A stretch of 53,071 nt of DNA from Sciscionella sp. (lineage in GTDB: Bacteria > Actinomycetota > Actinomycetes > Mycobacteriales > Pseudonocardiaceae), in the NCBI GenBank assembly GCA_050700995.1, contig JBOHEL010000001.1, positions 1 through 53,071 on the forward strand, read 5' to 3'. Numbering within the stretch: position 1 is the first letter of the stretch; each line of letters begins with the position of its first letter. The notes below the pieces were generated by a model that saw only the letters and a list, made by a program, of their open reading frames with translations, was not told the DNA's origin and did no database searches. Shown in pieces: positions 35,517-45,758 of this stretch. Both the position numbers and the translations under genes were made by a program.

Positions 35517-37454
35517 ATGTCTGACACATCCGATAGCCTTGCCCACCTGATCGACAGCCCACTGGTGCCACTGCGGCACGACTGGACGGTTCCGGAGCGG
35601 GTCGCCGAGCTGCGCGCCGCCCGCGACCTCGGTGGCCCGGACGCCTACTGGGAGTGGGTCGCCAAGCGGCAGCGGTGGTCCACCCCGTGGGAGTCCATAC
35701 GTTCCGGTGGCTTCGACGGGAAGGAAGGTTTTCGGTACTTCGCGGGCGGCCGCATCAATGTCGCGGAGAACTGCGTTGGCCGCTGGGCCGAGGATCCCGC
35801 CACCGCGCAACGCGCCGCCGTGGTGTGGGAAGGCGAGCCAGGTGATGTGCGGACCGTGACCTACGCCGAGCTCGGCGAGGAAGTCTCGCGGCTGGCAGCC
35901 GGTCTGCTGGAACTCGGTGTCCGCAAGGGCGACGTGATCGCCATCTATATGCCCAACCTGGTCGAGGCGTTCACCACGATCCATGCCTGCAACCGGATCG
36001 GCGCGATTTACACGGTGCTTTTCTCCGGCTTCGGTGAGGAGGCGGTGGCCACCCGGTTGCAGGCTGCCAGAGCCTCCGTGGTCGTCGTCGCCGACGCCAG
36101 CTATCGCCGCGGCAGGCGCAACCCCCTGTTGGAGACGTTGCGTGCGGCCCGCGACCGCGCACCTTCGGTCCGTGCGATCGTGGTGGTCGATCGGACCGGC
36201 GAACATGCGGCGCTCGGAGCGGACGAGCACGCGTACGCGGCCGTGCTGGAGTCCGGGAGTGCCGGGACGCCAGCCGTGCCTCTCGACCCGAACGAGCCGT
36301 CATTCCTGATCTTCACCAGCGGTACCGAGTCGAAACCCAAGGGCGTGGTGCACAGCGTCGGCGGGTTCCTGCTCGGCACCTGGGCCAACGCCCACTGGCA
36401 GGTCGGCTACGAGCCGGGCGACGTGTACTGGGTCGCCGCCGACGTCGGCTGGTTGACCTTCCCGATCCAGGCTGTCGTCGGCGGCCTGGCGTGCGGCATG
36501 ACGATCGCCTGCTTCGAGGGCGCGCTGGACACCCCGACGACGGCGCGGTTCTACGAGATCTGCGAGCGGCATCGGGTGACCAAGGTACTGGCCGCGCCGA
36601 CACTGGTGCGGATGTTGCGCAAGTTCGGTGATGGCCTCGCCGCCGCGCGCCCGCTGCCTGCGCTGAAGCTCATCACGATGCAGGGCGAGCCGCTTGACGC
36701 CGACACGTTCGACTGGGCGACTACGACCTTCGGAGTCCCGATCGTCAACGCCTACGGGCAGACCGAAACCGGGTCGACCTGGACCTACCCGGTGTACGGT
36801 GCGGAGGCGATCAAGGCGGGCTCCGTCGGAACCGCGGTGCCAGGGCACGAATTCGAGATCGTCGATGACGACGGTGCCCCGGTGCCGGTGGGGGTGAAGG
36901 GCAATCTGGTGCTCACCGCGCCGTTCCCGACGCTCGCGCGCACCGTCTGGGACGATCACGAGCGGTATGTCGCCACCTATTTCTCGCAGTTCCCCGGCCG
37001 GTATGCCACCCACGACGAAGCCGTGCTCGATCACGACGGGCACCTGTGGGTGCTCGGCCGCGCCGACGATGTGATCAACGTGGCGGCGCACCGTATCTCC
37101 ACGATGGAGATCGAGGCGGTCGTCACCGCGCACCCCGCGGTGGTGGAGGCGGCCGTCGTCGGTGTCCCGCACGAGACCAAGGGCACCGTGCCGATCGCCT
37201 TCGTGACCCTGCAACCCGATATCGAACCGGCGACCGCAAGGGACGAGATCGGGCGCCATGTCATCACGGAGATGGGCAGCTATGCCCGCCTCGACGCCGT
37301 CTACGTCACCGCGGTGATGCCGAAGACGCGGACCGGCAAGACCATGCGCAGGCTGCTGCGCGACCTGGTCGTGAACGGCAGCCCAACCGGCGACACGAGC
37401 GCGATGGAGGACCCTTCCGCGCTCGACGTCGTCGCCGCGTCGGTGCGAGCCTGA
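35517..37454 (+). CDS. Acetyl/propionyl/acetoacetyl-CoA synthetase-like AMP-forming ligase
   Basis: GAGGAGG lies 6 nt before the ATG. Contains YWEWVAKRQRWSTPW, FLIFTSGTESKPKGVVHS and the C-terminal MPKTRTGKTMRRLLRD (Acs-type catalytic/acetylatable Lys). Confidence 0.88.
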   Translation: MSDTSDSLAHLIDSPLVPLRHDWTVPERVAELRAARDLGGPDAYWEWVAKRQRWSTPWESIRSGGFDGKEGFRYFAGGRINVAENCVGRWAEDPATAQRAAVVWEGEPGDVRTVTYAELGEEVSRLAAGLLELGVRKGDVIAIYMPNLVEAFTTIHACNRIGAIYTVLFSGFGEEAVATRLQAARASVVVVADASYRRGRRNPLLETLRAARDRAPSVRAIVVVDRTGEHAALGADEHAYAAVLESGSAGTPAVPLDPNEPSFLIFTSGTESKPKGVVHSVGGFLLGTWANAHWQVGYEPGDVYWVAADVGWLTFPIQAVVGGLACGMTIACFEGALDTPTTARFYEICERHRVTKVLAAPTLVRMLRKFGDGLAAARPLPALKLITMQGEPLDADTFDWATTTFGVPIVNAYGQTETGSTWTYPVYGAEAIKAGSVGTAVPGHEFEIVDDDGAPVPVGVKGNLVLTAPFPTLARTVWDDHERYVATYFSQFPGRYATHDEAVLDHDGHLWVLGRADDVINVAAHRISTMEIEAVVTAHPAVVEAAVVGVPHETKGTVPIAFVTLQPDIEPATARDEIGRHVITEMGSYARLDAVYVTAVMPKTRTGKTMRRLLRDLVVNGSPTGDTSAMEDPSALDVVAASVRA

Positions 37455-37463
37455 GCGGGCCGC

Positions 37464-37952
37464 ATGATGACCCCGGCCGGCGGCGGCGCGCGAGCGGTGT
37501 CGGGCAGGTGGTTCGAGGATCTTGAGGTCGGAACCGTGGTGCACCACGCTATCCGGCGCACCGTGACCGAGACCGACAACGTGCTGTTCACCACGATGAC
37601 GATGAATCCGGCGCCGCTGCACCTCGACGCCGACTACGCCGCGCGCACGGAGTTCGGCAGGCCACTGGTCAACAGCATGTTCACCCTCGCGCTTGTCGTC
37701 GGTATCTCGGTTCCCGAGCTGACGCTCGGCACGATCCTGGCGCAGCTAGGTCTTGGCGAGGTCGCGTTCCCGGCCCCGGTGTTCACCGGGGACACGGTTC
37801 GCGTGGAAACGGAGGTCGTCGAGGCACGACCGTCCCGCTCCCGCCCCGAGGCTGGGCTCGTCGTCTTCGAACATCGCGCCAGCAACCAGCGCGATGAGCT
37901 GGTGTGCCGCGCCAGGCGCACCGGACTGATGCACCGCAGGCCCGCCCGCTGA
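37464..37952 (+). CDS. MaoC-like (R)-specific enoyl-CoA hydratase/dehydratase
   Basis: Hot-dog fold pattern [28 protein letters not shown]...[17 protein letters not shown]. Confidence 0.85.
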   Translation: MMTPAGGGARAVSGRWFEDLEVGTVVHHAIRRTVTETDNVLFTTMTMNPAPLHLDADYAARTEFGRPLVNSMFTLALVVGISVPELTLGTILAQLGLGEVAFPAPVFTGDTVRVETEVVEARPSRSRPEAGLVVFEHRASNQRDELVCRARRTGLMHRRPAR

Positions 37953-38035
37953 GTGCACTGTGCGTTCACGACTTTCCCGATCGACATCGGACGGAGGCCC
38001 ATCATGATCACCGGTTCACTCCCGCCGGGTGCGCC

Positions 38036-38926
38036 GTGAGCGGCCCGACGGCGCCGCCGCGCAGTCTGCTGTTCGTGCCTGGCGCACGGCCCGCCATGCT
38101 CGCGAAGGTGGGGCGTGCGTGGCCAGACGTCGTGGCGGTCGACCTTGAGGACGCGGTGGCCGCGGCGGCCAAAGCCGAGGCGCGGGTCGCTGCCGTTGCG
38201 GCGCTGACCGAGGCTCGCCCAGGCGCGGGCACGGTGCTGCTGCGGCTGAACCCACCCGGCACCCCATGGCACGAGGACGACGTCACCGCAGCCGCGCGGG
38301 CCTGCGCGGCAGGCGCGCTCGACGGGGTGGTGTTGCCGAAGTACGAACGCCGCACGCAGCTGACTCAACTGCGTGCGGCGCTGCCAACCGGTGCCCGCGT
38401 CATCGTCGGGCTGGAGACGGCGCTGGGGGTCGCGGACAGTCGCCAGCTGCTTGACGAGCGTCCCGACGCGGCCTACTTCGGAGCCGAGGACCTCGTCGCG
38501 GACATCGGCGGTCGGCGGACCGAAGCTGGCATCGAGGTGCTCTATGCGCGCAGCCAGGTGTGCCTGGCTGCGCGCCTGGCGGGGGTCCCGGCGCTGGATC
38601 AGGCCGTCATGGCCGTGCATGACCGGGACGGGTTCCGTGCCGACGCCGAACGCGGTCGCGATCTCGGTTACCGCGGCAAAATCTGCCTTCATCCTGCGCA
38701 GGTCACGATCGCCCACGAGGTGTTCACGCCGTCAGCCGCCGAGGTCGAGCATGCTCACGCCGTGATGAGTGCCGCCAACGAAGGCGTGGCGTTACTCGAC
38801 GGGCAGATGGTGGACGCCGCACACATCGCAATGGCCCGCGCTGTGCTCGCGCGCACCAGGTCGACCGCTGCGGGGACGGGGGAATCGAGCGGGTGGGCCC
38901 GATGTGGCGGAACCGTTCATCCATGA
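38036..38926 (+). CDS. CitE/HpcH-family acyl-CoA lyase (citrate lyase beta-like)
   Basis: RSLLFVPGARPAMLAKVGRAWPDVVAVDLEDAVAAAAKAEAR and FGAEDLVADIG...GKICLHPAQV. The GTG at 38036 is the first in-frame start after the MaoC stop. Confidence 0.82.
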   Translation: MSGPTAPPRSLLFVPGARPAMLAKVGRAWPDVVAVDLEDAVAAAAKAEARVAAVAALTEARPGAGTVLLRLNPPGTPWHEDDVTAAARACAAGALDGVVLPKYERRTQLTQLRAALPTGARVIVGLETALGVADSRQLLDERPDAAYFGAEDLVADIGGRRTEAGIEVLYARSQVCLAARLAGVPALDQAVMAVHDRDGFRADAERGRDLGYRGKICLHPAQVTIAHEVFTPSAAEVEHAHAVMSAANEGVALLDGQMVDAAHIAMARAVLARTRSTAAGTGESSGWARCGGTVHP

Positions 38927-38977
38927 GGTCGCGCCCGTGCTGGACGCGGCTTGAGCAGGGAAAGGAAACCGACATCA

Positions 38978-40756
38978 GTGCTCTCCGACGAACCGAGGAA
39001 CCCGCTGCGAAAAGTGCTGATCGCGAACCGTGGTGAGATCGCCATGCGGGTGATACGGGCCGCGCGGGACGTCGGGATGGGCAGCGTCGCCGTGTACGCC
39101 GAGTCGGACTGCGGCGCGTCGCACACCCGACTGGCCGACGAGGCGCTCGCACTCGACGGCGCCGACGCGGCCGCGACGTACCTGAATATCGGCGCTGTGG
39201 TGACGGCCGCGCGGCGAGCTGGGGCCGACGCGGTGCACCCCGGATACGGCTTCCTGTCGGAGAACGCCGACTTCGCGCAGGCCGTGCTGGATGCGGGGAT
39301 GGTATGGATCGGGCCCGCGCCGACAACCATTCGGGAACTCGGCGACAAGGTGAGCGCCCGCCGGATCGCCCGCAAGGTCGGTGCCCCGCTGGCCCCCGGT
39401 ACCGAAGAACCGGTCGCGGATGTCGCTGAGATCGAGGAGTTCGCACGGCGGCACGGCTTCCCGCTGATGATCAAGGCTGCCTTCGGTGGTGGCGGCCGAG
39501 GACTGAAGGTGGTGCGCACGGCGACCGAGATCCCCGAGCTCTACACGTCCGCGGTCCGCGAAGCGGCCGCGGCGTTCGGACGTGGTGAGTGCTTCGTCGA
39601 GCGGTACCTCGATCGGGCGCGGCACGTCGAAGCCCAGGTGCTCGGCGACGCCTACGGCACCGTCGTCGTTGTCGGCACCCGCGACTGCTCGCTGCAGCGG
39701 CGCAACCAGAAGCTGGTGGAGGAAGCACCGGCACCGTTCCTGTCCGACGCGCAGCGACGCGCGATCCACAGCTCCGCGAAGGAGATCTGCCGCGCCGTCG
39801 GCTACACCGGCGCAGGCACCGTGGAATACCTCGTCGGCGAGGACGGCACGATCTCTTTCCTTGAGGTCAACACCCGGCTGCAGGTCGAGCACCCGGTAAC
39901 CGAGGAGACCACAGGCACCGACCTCGTCGTCGAGCAGTTCCGCATCGCGGCTGGCGCGAAGCTGGTAGCAGACGCCGACCCGGCCCCCCGTGGGCACGCC
40001 GTCGAGTTTCGGCTCACCAGCGAGGATGCCGGTCGCGGCTTCCTTCCGATCCCCGGCACGGTGACGGGCTACCGGATGCCGTCCGGCGCCGGGATTCGGG
40101 TGGACTCCGGCATCGAAGCCGGAGACGTGATCGACGGCAGGTTCGACTCGATGTTCGCCAAGCTCGTGGTGCGCGGCGGCGACCGGGACGAGGCGCTCCG
40201 TCGCGCGCGGCGAGCGCTGGCGGAGGTCCGCGTCGAAGGTGTGCCGACGCCGGTGCCGTTCTACCGGCTGCTTGTTGAACACCCGGACTTCGTCGGCGAC
40301 GGGCACAGCTTCACGGTGCACAACCGGTGGGTCGAAACCGAGTTCGACGGCCGCATCGGGCCTTGGGTGGAGCCGGGGCAGGCGCCTCCCGACGAGCTGA
40401 CCGTCCTCGTCGGGCGGCTGGCGTTGCCGGTATGCGTTCCCGGGCTGTCGTCGCTCGGTGATCGGGCCGCCGCGATCCGGGAGGAGGCCGCCGCGCGACG
40501 CCGCGACGAGCGGCAGGCAGTCGCTAGCGCCACGGTGACCGCGCCGATGCAGGGCACGATCGTGCGGGTCGCGGTCGAGGCTGGACAGCGGGTCGAAGCG
40601 GGCGAGCTGGTCGCGGTCTTGGAGGCGATGAAGATGGAGAACCAGGTTCGCGCTCACCGTGCCGGAGTCGTCACCGGTCTCGTCGTCGTGGCGGGCGACA
40701 CCGTCAGTCACCGCGCAACGCTGTGCCAGATTCTCGACCCGGACACCAACCGGTAA
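38978..40756 (+). CDS. Biotin carboxylase + BCCP (acyl-CoA carboxylase alpha subunit)
   Basis: [22 protein letters not shown], an ATP-grasp domain, and the C-terminal [16 protein letters not shown] biotinylation motif. The start is GTG 38978 or TTG 38951. Confidence 0.9.
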   Translation: MLSDEPRNPLRKVLIANRGEIAMRVIRAARDVGMGSVAVYAESDCGASHTRLADEALALDGADAAATYLNIGAVVTAARRAGADAVHPGYGFLSENADFAQAVLDAGMVWIGPAPTTIRELGDKVSARRIARKVGAPLAPGTEEPVADVAEIEEFARRHGFPLMIKAAFGGGGRGLKVVRTATEIPELYTSAVREAAAAFGRGECFVERYLDRARHVEAQVLGDAYGTVVVVGTRDCSLQRRNQKLVEEAPAPFLSDAQRRAIHSSAKEICRAVGYTGAGTVEYLVGEDGTISFLEVNTRLQVEHPVTEETTGTDLVVEQFRIAAGAKLVADADPAPRGHAVEFRLTSEDAGRGFLPIPGTVTGYRMPSGAGIRVDSGIEAGDVIDGRFDSMFAKLVVRGGDRDEALRRARRALAEVRVEGVPTPVPFYRLLVEHPDFVGDGHSFTVHNRWVETEFDGRIGPWVEPGQAPPDELTVLVGRLALPVCVPGLSSLGDRAAAIREEAAARRRDERQAVASATVTAPMQGTIVRVAVEAGQRVEAGELVAVLEAMKMENQVRAHRAGVVTGLVVVAGDTVSHRATLCQILDPDTNR

Positions 40757-40908
40757 CGAGGATGTCCTGGAATCCATCGCTGGCATGCGTGGCGTGTAGT
40801 TGATCACGACCGACCGCGAGTTCGCGGACGTTCCAGGGCTGCGCTGCGCGGTGAACCAGCTCCACGAGCGTTGAGTGTGGGCGGGCGCAGCACCGGCGTC
40901 GATGGGTT

Positions 40909-41661
40909 TCAGGCGCGGGTCAGCCCGCCGTCGACGTCGATCACGGTGCCGTTGACATAGCCTGCTTCGTCGCAGGCGAGCCATGCGACAGCGCCTGCTA
41001 CCTCCTCCGGGGTTCCCAGTCGACCCATCGGGATCTCGCTAGTGTCGTAGCGTTGGCCTTCGGTCATGGCAGTGGTGATTGGGCCGGGGGCGACGGCGTT
41101 GCTGGTGATGCCGAGCCTGCCCACCTCACGGGCGATCCAGCGGGTGAGGTTGATGACGCCCGCTTTCGCCGAGGCGTATCCAGCGCCGGATCGACCTCCG
41201 GAACCGTCCACGTGCGCCGGCCCGGTGCCGCCGGTCTTACCGGACACGGAAGCGACATTGATCAACCGGCCGCGACGAGCGCGTTGCATGTGCGGGAACA
41301 CGGCGGCCTGACAGATCAGGAACGTACCGAGAAGGTTGGTGCGGACGTCCGCCATAAATTCTTCCGGACTGGTATCGGCGAATGAGGTGCGGTGCGCGGT
41401 GCCCGCACAGTTCACCACAACACCCAATGCGCCCACTTCATCGACGATCTCGTCCATGACACGGCGCACCTCGTGTCGATCGGCCACGTCGAGTTGCGCG
41501 GAGCGCGCGCCATTGATCTCGTTGCATGTGGTATGGACGGTGTCCGCAATGTCGAGCAGCGCGACACTGAACCCGTCATGCACCAAGCGCGTGGCGATAG
41601 CGGCGCCGATACCGCCCGCGGCTCCGGTGACGGCCGCGACAGGCCGAACAGTGCTTGTCAT
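40909..41661 (-). CDS. SDR family oxidoreductase (FabG-like)
   Basis: AAVTGAAGGIGAAIA, NCAG and GYASAKAGVINLTR. The start forms an ATGA overlap with the upstream MFS stop. Confidence 0.88.
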   Translation of the reverse strand: MTSTVRPVAAVTGAAGGIGAAIATRLVHDGFSVALLDIADTVHTTCNEINGARSAQLDVADRHEVRRVMDEIVDEVGALGVVVNCAGTAHRTSFADTSPEEFMADVRTNLLGTFLICQAAVFPHMQRARRGRLINVASVSGKTGGTGPAHVDGSGGRSGAGYASAKAGVINLTRWIAREVGRLGITSNAVAPGPITTAMTEGQRYDTSEIPMGRLGTPEEVAGAVAWLACDEAGYVNGTVIDVDGGLTRA

Positions 41662-42962
41662 GCCTGACTCACCGCCACGGAAGTGCTGGACCTGCGGCGT
41701 GCGGCGGTGAGGGCCGCGGCACACAGCCCGCTGGCGAGTAGAAAGTAACCGAGGATGAAGAATCCGGTCTCCACCTTGCCGCCAGTAGCTGCCGCCCCGA
41801 CGACGATGGGGCCGACGATACCGCCGATGTTCCCGCACAGGTTCACCAAGCCGATACCGGTTCCTGCCTGGTTGCGCGGCATGTGCTGCAGGCTCCATGC
41901 CCAGAACGGACCGAACGCCGCGTACAGGCCGATACCGGCGATCACCAGCAGAATCATGTTTCCGGCCAGGCCGAGTGTGAGGTAGTGCTGCACGAGCAGT
42001 GTGGCACCGGCGATCACCAGCGGGATAACCACATGCCAGGCGCGGGCACGGCCGGAACGATCCGACCAGTGGGCGTTGAGGTACATACCCACGGCGGCGA
42101 GCACAAAAGGCACAGCGGACAGCAGGCCAACGGCGGCGATACCGCGGTCGGTGAGTTGGGTCAGCAACGTGGGCAACCACAGGCCGAAGCTGTACAGCCC
42201 AGTGATCCACAGGAAGTAGATCAGGCAGAACGCCCAGACGTAGGGGCTGCGCAGGATATCGAGGAACGAACCGCGCTCCTTCGACCCACTCGAGCGGTGT
42301 GCGGCGAGGTACTCGCGTTCAGTGTCGGAGATGAACCGGTCGTTGGCGGGGTGGTCGGAACCCCAGATCGCGAAAGCCACTGCCATGATCAGCGGCGGGA
42401 TGCCTTGTACGATGAACATCGCGTGCCAGCTCCACGCGGAGATCATCCAGCCGGCAGTCGGCGCCATGATGATCGACGACACGGGCAGCGCCATTTCGGA
42501 GAAGTTGATCGCCCGTCCGCGTTCGGAATCTGGATACCAGTTCATGAACACGATGGCGAATGACGGCCACACGGCGCCCTCAGCGAGACCCATGATGACC
42601 CTGACCGTGAGGAGTGAGCTGTATTCGTGCACCAGTCCGGTGGCGATTGCCGCTGCGCCCCACACGACGAGGGTGCCGACAATGACACGCTTCGGTCCGA
42701 TCTTGCTCGCCAGCGCGCCGCCTGGAATCTGTGTGATCACGTAACCCCAGAAGAAGGCCGAAAGCAGCACACCGGTGACGGTGGCCGACATGCCGAGGTC
42801 CTTCACCATCGAGGGTGCGGCGACACTGATGTTCTGCCTGTCGGCGAAGGCCACCGTGTAGATCAGGAAGAGCAGCACGCCGATGCGCCACCATCGTGCC
42901 CGTGGCACTCTCGTAACGATGTTCGCCGCGCTGCCGGGTAGCGTTCCGGATTGTCGTGTCAT
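41658..42962 (-). CDS. MFS transporter, anion:cation symporter (ACS)-like
   Basis: ATG at 42962. Contains FLIYTVAFADRQNISVAAPSMVKDLGMS, GALASKIGPKR and about 12 TM segments. Confidence 0.85.
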   Translation of the reverse strand: MTRQSGTLPGSAANIVTRVPRARWWRIGVLLFLIYTVAFADRQNISVAAPSMVKDLGMSATVTGVLLSAFFWGYVITQIPGGALASKIGPKRVIVGTLVVWGAAAIATGLVHEYSSLLTVRVIMGLAEGAVWPSFAIVFMNWYPDSERGRAINFSEMALPVSSIIMAPTAGWMISAWSWHAMFIVQGIPPLIMAVAFAIWGSDHPANDRFISDTEREYLAAHRSSGSKERGSFLDILRSPYVWAFCLIYFLWITGLYSFGLWLPTLLTQLTDRGIAAVGLLSAVPFVLAAVGMYLNAHWSDRSGRARAWHVVIPLVIAGATLLVQHYLTLGLAGNMILLVIAGIGLYAAFGPFWAWSLQHMPRNQAGTGIGLVNLCGNIGGIVGPIVVGAAATGGKVETGFFILGYFLLASGLCAAALTAARRRSSTSVAVSQA

Positions 42963-43116
42963 GACAGCCTCCTTCACCAACCAGGGAGGGGGTCGGGTTC
43001 CCAGGTAATAGTCCGCGGTGGCGGTGCATGGAGTATTCGTGGGTGTTGCCTTGATCACGACCGCCCAGCGTCGAGACCTGCGGGCCGCAATTCCTCGATC
43101 TGCCGAAATCCGCAGG

Positions 43117-44340
43117 TCACATGGCACGATCTCCGGCTTCCACCAGGGTTGCCAGGCGTAGCCCCAGGTGTAGCTGCAGGCGATGGTCCCCGTTGTTGAG
43201 GTCAAGGCCGGTAATGTCCTCGATCTGGTGCAGCCGGTAGTACAGCGAGGTTCTGTGAATGTGCAGCGCGGTGGCGGTCGCCGGACTGGAGCCCGCATGG
43301 TCGAGGTAGGCGGTGATCGTCTCGCGCAATCGGCCGTGCGGGTCGTGTGCGGCGAGGGTTCGCAGTGGCTCTGGTAGCGCGGACCGGGTGAGGTGCTCCT
43401 GAGGGATCCGCAGCAGCAGCCCGTAGGCACCGAGGTCTGACCAGGCCGCGATGCCCCCGAGTTGCGGCAGGAGAGCGGCGGCGCGGGCTGCGATGCCTGC
43501 CTGCTCACGGGATACCCAGGCATGCTGCGAGCCGCTGCTGGTGCCACCAATGCCGATGACGCAGCGCGAGGAGGTGCCGAGGAAGTCCTCGACATGCTGA
43601 ATGATCAGGGCGGCTGCTTCGCGCAGCCGTGTGGCGGTGGGTGGCGTGCTCCACAACTGCAGCAGTACGCCTTGGCGGTCCATTGCCGCGGAGACGTCTC
43701 GACGCTCGCGGCCCCTTGACACTCTCTCCATCGCGGAACGCAGCGCCACCTCGATTTCCGCGGTTTCCGCACCCGGATCCGTATCGAGCACGTCGGCGAC
43801 GCTGACCGTAGCGACGGCGGCACCGCGCGGCTGCCGTGTGTCGTCGAGGAAATTCTCGCCGGTCTCCCTGCGGGATGGCTGCGAGCTCAGTAGATCCTGC
43901 AGTGCGTGCTCGCGCGCCACCCGCTGCGCGTCCTCGCTCAGGAAATCCCGGTACATCAGCGCCGCGATGTCGTGGCTAACGGTTGCGATCGTGGCTAGTT
44001 GCGCGTCGTCCAACGAGTCTTCGGGCTCGATTACCATTAACAGTCCAAGAAGAGTGCCCCGCCAGCGCAGCGGCATACACAGCCGCTCGCCCATCCCGAT
44101 GTCCGCCCGCGCCGGGATCACTCCTGGCGCCTTCCACTTCGTCACCCCCTGCGACAGGATGTGGCCGATCGCCGCGCTGCTCGGGCTGCGCTGCAGCACT
44201 GCCTGCACGCGTACCGCGTCCTCATCGCCGAAGTGTCTACTCACGCAGACCAGCCGAACTGCCGGATCGTCAATGGCAACCGATCGTCCGAGCCGCTCGG
44301 CCAGGGCATCGACCATCCGCTGTAGCGCGTTCTGCACCAT
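43117..44340 (-). CDS. PucR/CdaR family transcriptional regulator
   Basis: C-terminal HTH TATALHIHRTSLYYRLHQIEDITGLDL, with a GAF-like N-terminal region. Confidence 0.88.
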   Translation of the reverse strand: MVQNALQRMVDALAERLGRSVAIDDPAVRLVCVSRHFGDEDAVRVQAVLQRSPSSAAIGHILSQGVTKWKAPGVIPARADIGMGERLCMPLRWRGTLLGLLMVIEPEDSLDDAQLATIATVSHDIAALMYRDFLSEDAQRVAREHALQDLLSSQPSRRETGENFLDDTRQPRGAAVATVSVADVLDTDPGAETAEIEVALRSAMERVSRGRERRDVSAAMDRQGVLLQLWSTPPTATRLREAAALIIQHVEDFLGTSSRCVIGIGGTSSGSQHAWVSREQAGIAARAAALLPQLGGIAAWSDLGAYGLLLRIPQEHLTRSALPEPLRTLAAHDPHGRLRETITAYLDHAGSSPATATALHIHRTSLYYRLHQIEDITGLDLNNGDHRLQLHLGLRLATLVEAGDRAM

Positions 44341-44588
44341 CCGAAATCAGGCACTGGCCTCGGCGGGCCCGCACCTCCTCCTTCCTCATCGCGCGAACAC
44401 GTCGCCAAGCAGCCTATTCCTACAGAGCGAGGAAACGGGCGTTTGAGGTCTCGACGTCACGCGGTGTTCCAGGACGCAAGCGCACCGAATACTTGGCCTC
44501 ATCGTTCGATGGCACCGCACCGAACGGCAGCAGGGCACCGACCCTGGCCGACCCGCAGCCACCCTCGTCTGCGCATAGGAGGTCGAGC

Positions 44589-45758
44589 ATGACCCGCCAT
44601 CCAACCATCATCGGCTGGTCGCACACCCCGTTCGGAAAGTCCACTGATCCCGATGTGGAGTCCTTGATCGCCAAGGTGTCCATCGCTGCTATTACTGACG
44701 CCGAAATCGATCCGTCCGTAGTCGACGGCGCATTCGTCGGCGTATACAACGGCGGATTCTCGACGCAGAGCTTCGAAGCTGCCCTACTCGGCTCCGGGCA
44801 ACCCACCCTGGCAAGGGTACCGGCGGTCCGGGTCGAGAACGCCTGCGCCACCGGAAGTGCCGCGCTGTTCTCCGCGCTCGACTTCCTCGGGTCGGGACGC
44901 GGCCGGATCGCCCTCGTCATCGGTGCGGAGAAGATGACCCACGCCGGCCCCGATGTCGTCAACGATGCGTTGCTAGGGGCATGCTATCGGCGCACCGAAG
45001 CCGAAGCGGGAAGTTTCGCAGGCATCTTCGGCAACCTGGCCGCGCAGTACTTCCGGCGTTACGGCGACCAGCGCGAGGCGCTGGCATTGATCGCGGCGAA
45101 GAACCACCGCAGCGGTGTGCGCAACCCGTTCGCGCACCTGCGCAAGGACCTCGGCTTCGCGTTCTGCGCCACGCCGTCCGAGCAGAACCCGCGCGTGGCG
45201 GGCCCACTGCTGCGCACCGATTGTTCGATGGTGTCCGACGGCGCGGCCGCGCTCGTTCTCGCCGTGCCTGAGATTGCCGCCTCCGCGCGGCGCGGAGTCG
45301 TGGTGCGCGGCCGCGCGCATGCCAACGAGCCTTTCGCGTTGACTGCCCGTCGCGACCCGCTTCGGTTGGAGGGCGCTCGTACCGCGTTCCAGAACGCGCT
45401 CGCCGAGGCAGGCGCCACGCTGTCCGATCTCGATCTGCTGGAGACACACGATTGCTTCACTATCGCCGAACTGTTGCAGTACGAGGCGTTCGGGCTCGCT
45501 GAAAGCGGTAAGGGCGCCACGGTGCTCGCCGACGGTGTCACCTACCGCGACGGGGCGCTGCCGACAAACGTCTCAGGAGGGTTGAAGTCCAAGGGGCACC
45601 CGATCGGGGCGACCGGCGTGTCGCAGCACGTGATGGCGGCCATGCAACTGGTCGGTGAGGCAGGCGAGATGCAGCTGCCGAAGGCCGACAGGGCCGCGGT
45701 ATTCAACATGGGTGGCGCGGCCGTCGCCAACTATGCGTCGGTACTGGAGCGTGCGTGA
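44589..45758 (+). CDS. Thiolase-like protein (SCPx / lipid-transfer-protein type)
   Basis: AGGAGG lies 6 nt before ATG 44589. Contains RVENACATGSAAL (Cys), ETHDCFTIAELL and GGLKSKGHPIGATG. Confidence 0.85.
   Translation: MTRHPTIIGWSHTPFGKSTDPDVESLIAKVSIAAITDAEIDPSVVDGAFVGVYNGGFSTQSFEAALLGSGQPTLARVPAVRVENACATGSAALFSALDFLGSGRGRIALVIGAEKMTHAGPDVVNDALLGACYRRTEAEAGSFAGIFGNLAAQYFRRYGDQREALALIAAKNHRSGVRNPFAHLRKDLGFAFCATPSEQNPRVAGPLLRTDCSMVSDGAAALVLAVPEIAASARRGVVVRGRAHANEPFALTARRDPLRLEGARTAFQNALAEAGATLSDLDLLETHDCFTIAELLQYEAFGLAESGKGATVLADGVTYRDGALPTNVSGGLKSKGHPIGATGVSQHVMAAMQLVGEAGEMQLPKADRAAVFNMGGAAVANYASVLERA

Noticed and set aside
43983-44588. A 200-aa N-terminal extension of the thiolase ORF (591-aa version). 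The same kind of extension occurs on the ADH (402 aa), SDR (433 aa), MFS (645 aa), PPC (373 aa), SDR (347 aa), CitE (340 aa) and PLC (569 aa) ORFs.
   Set aside because: The extensions overlap upstream genes or promoter regions, are Arg/Pro-rich, and lack homology-like motifs. Internal starts with an SD sequence or with ATGA/GTGA coupling fit the conserved N-termini.
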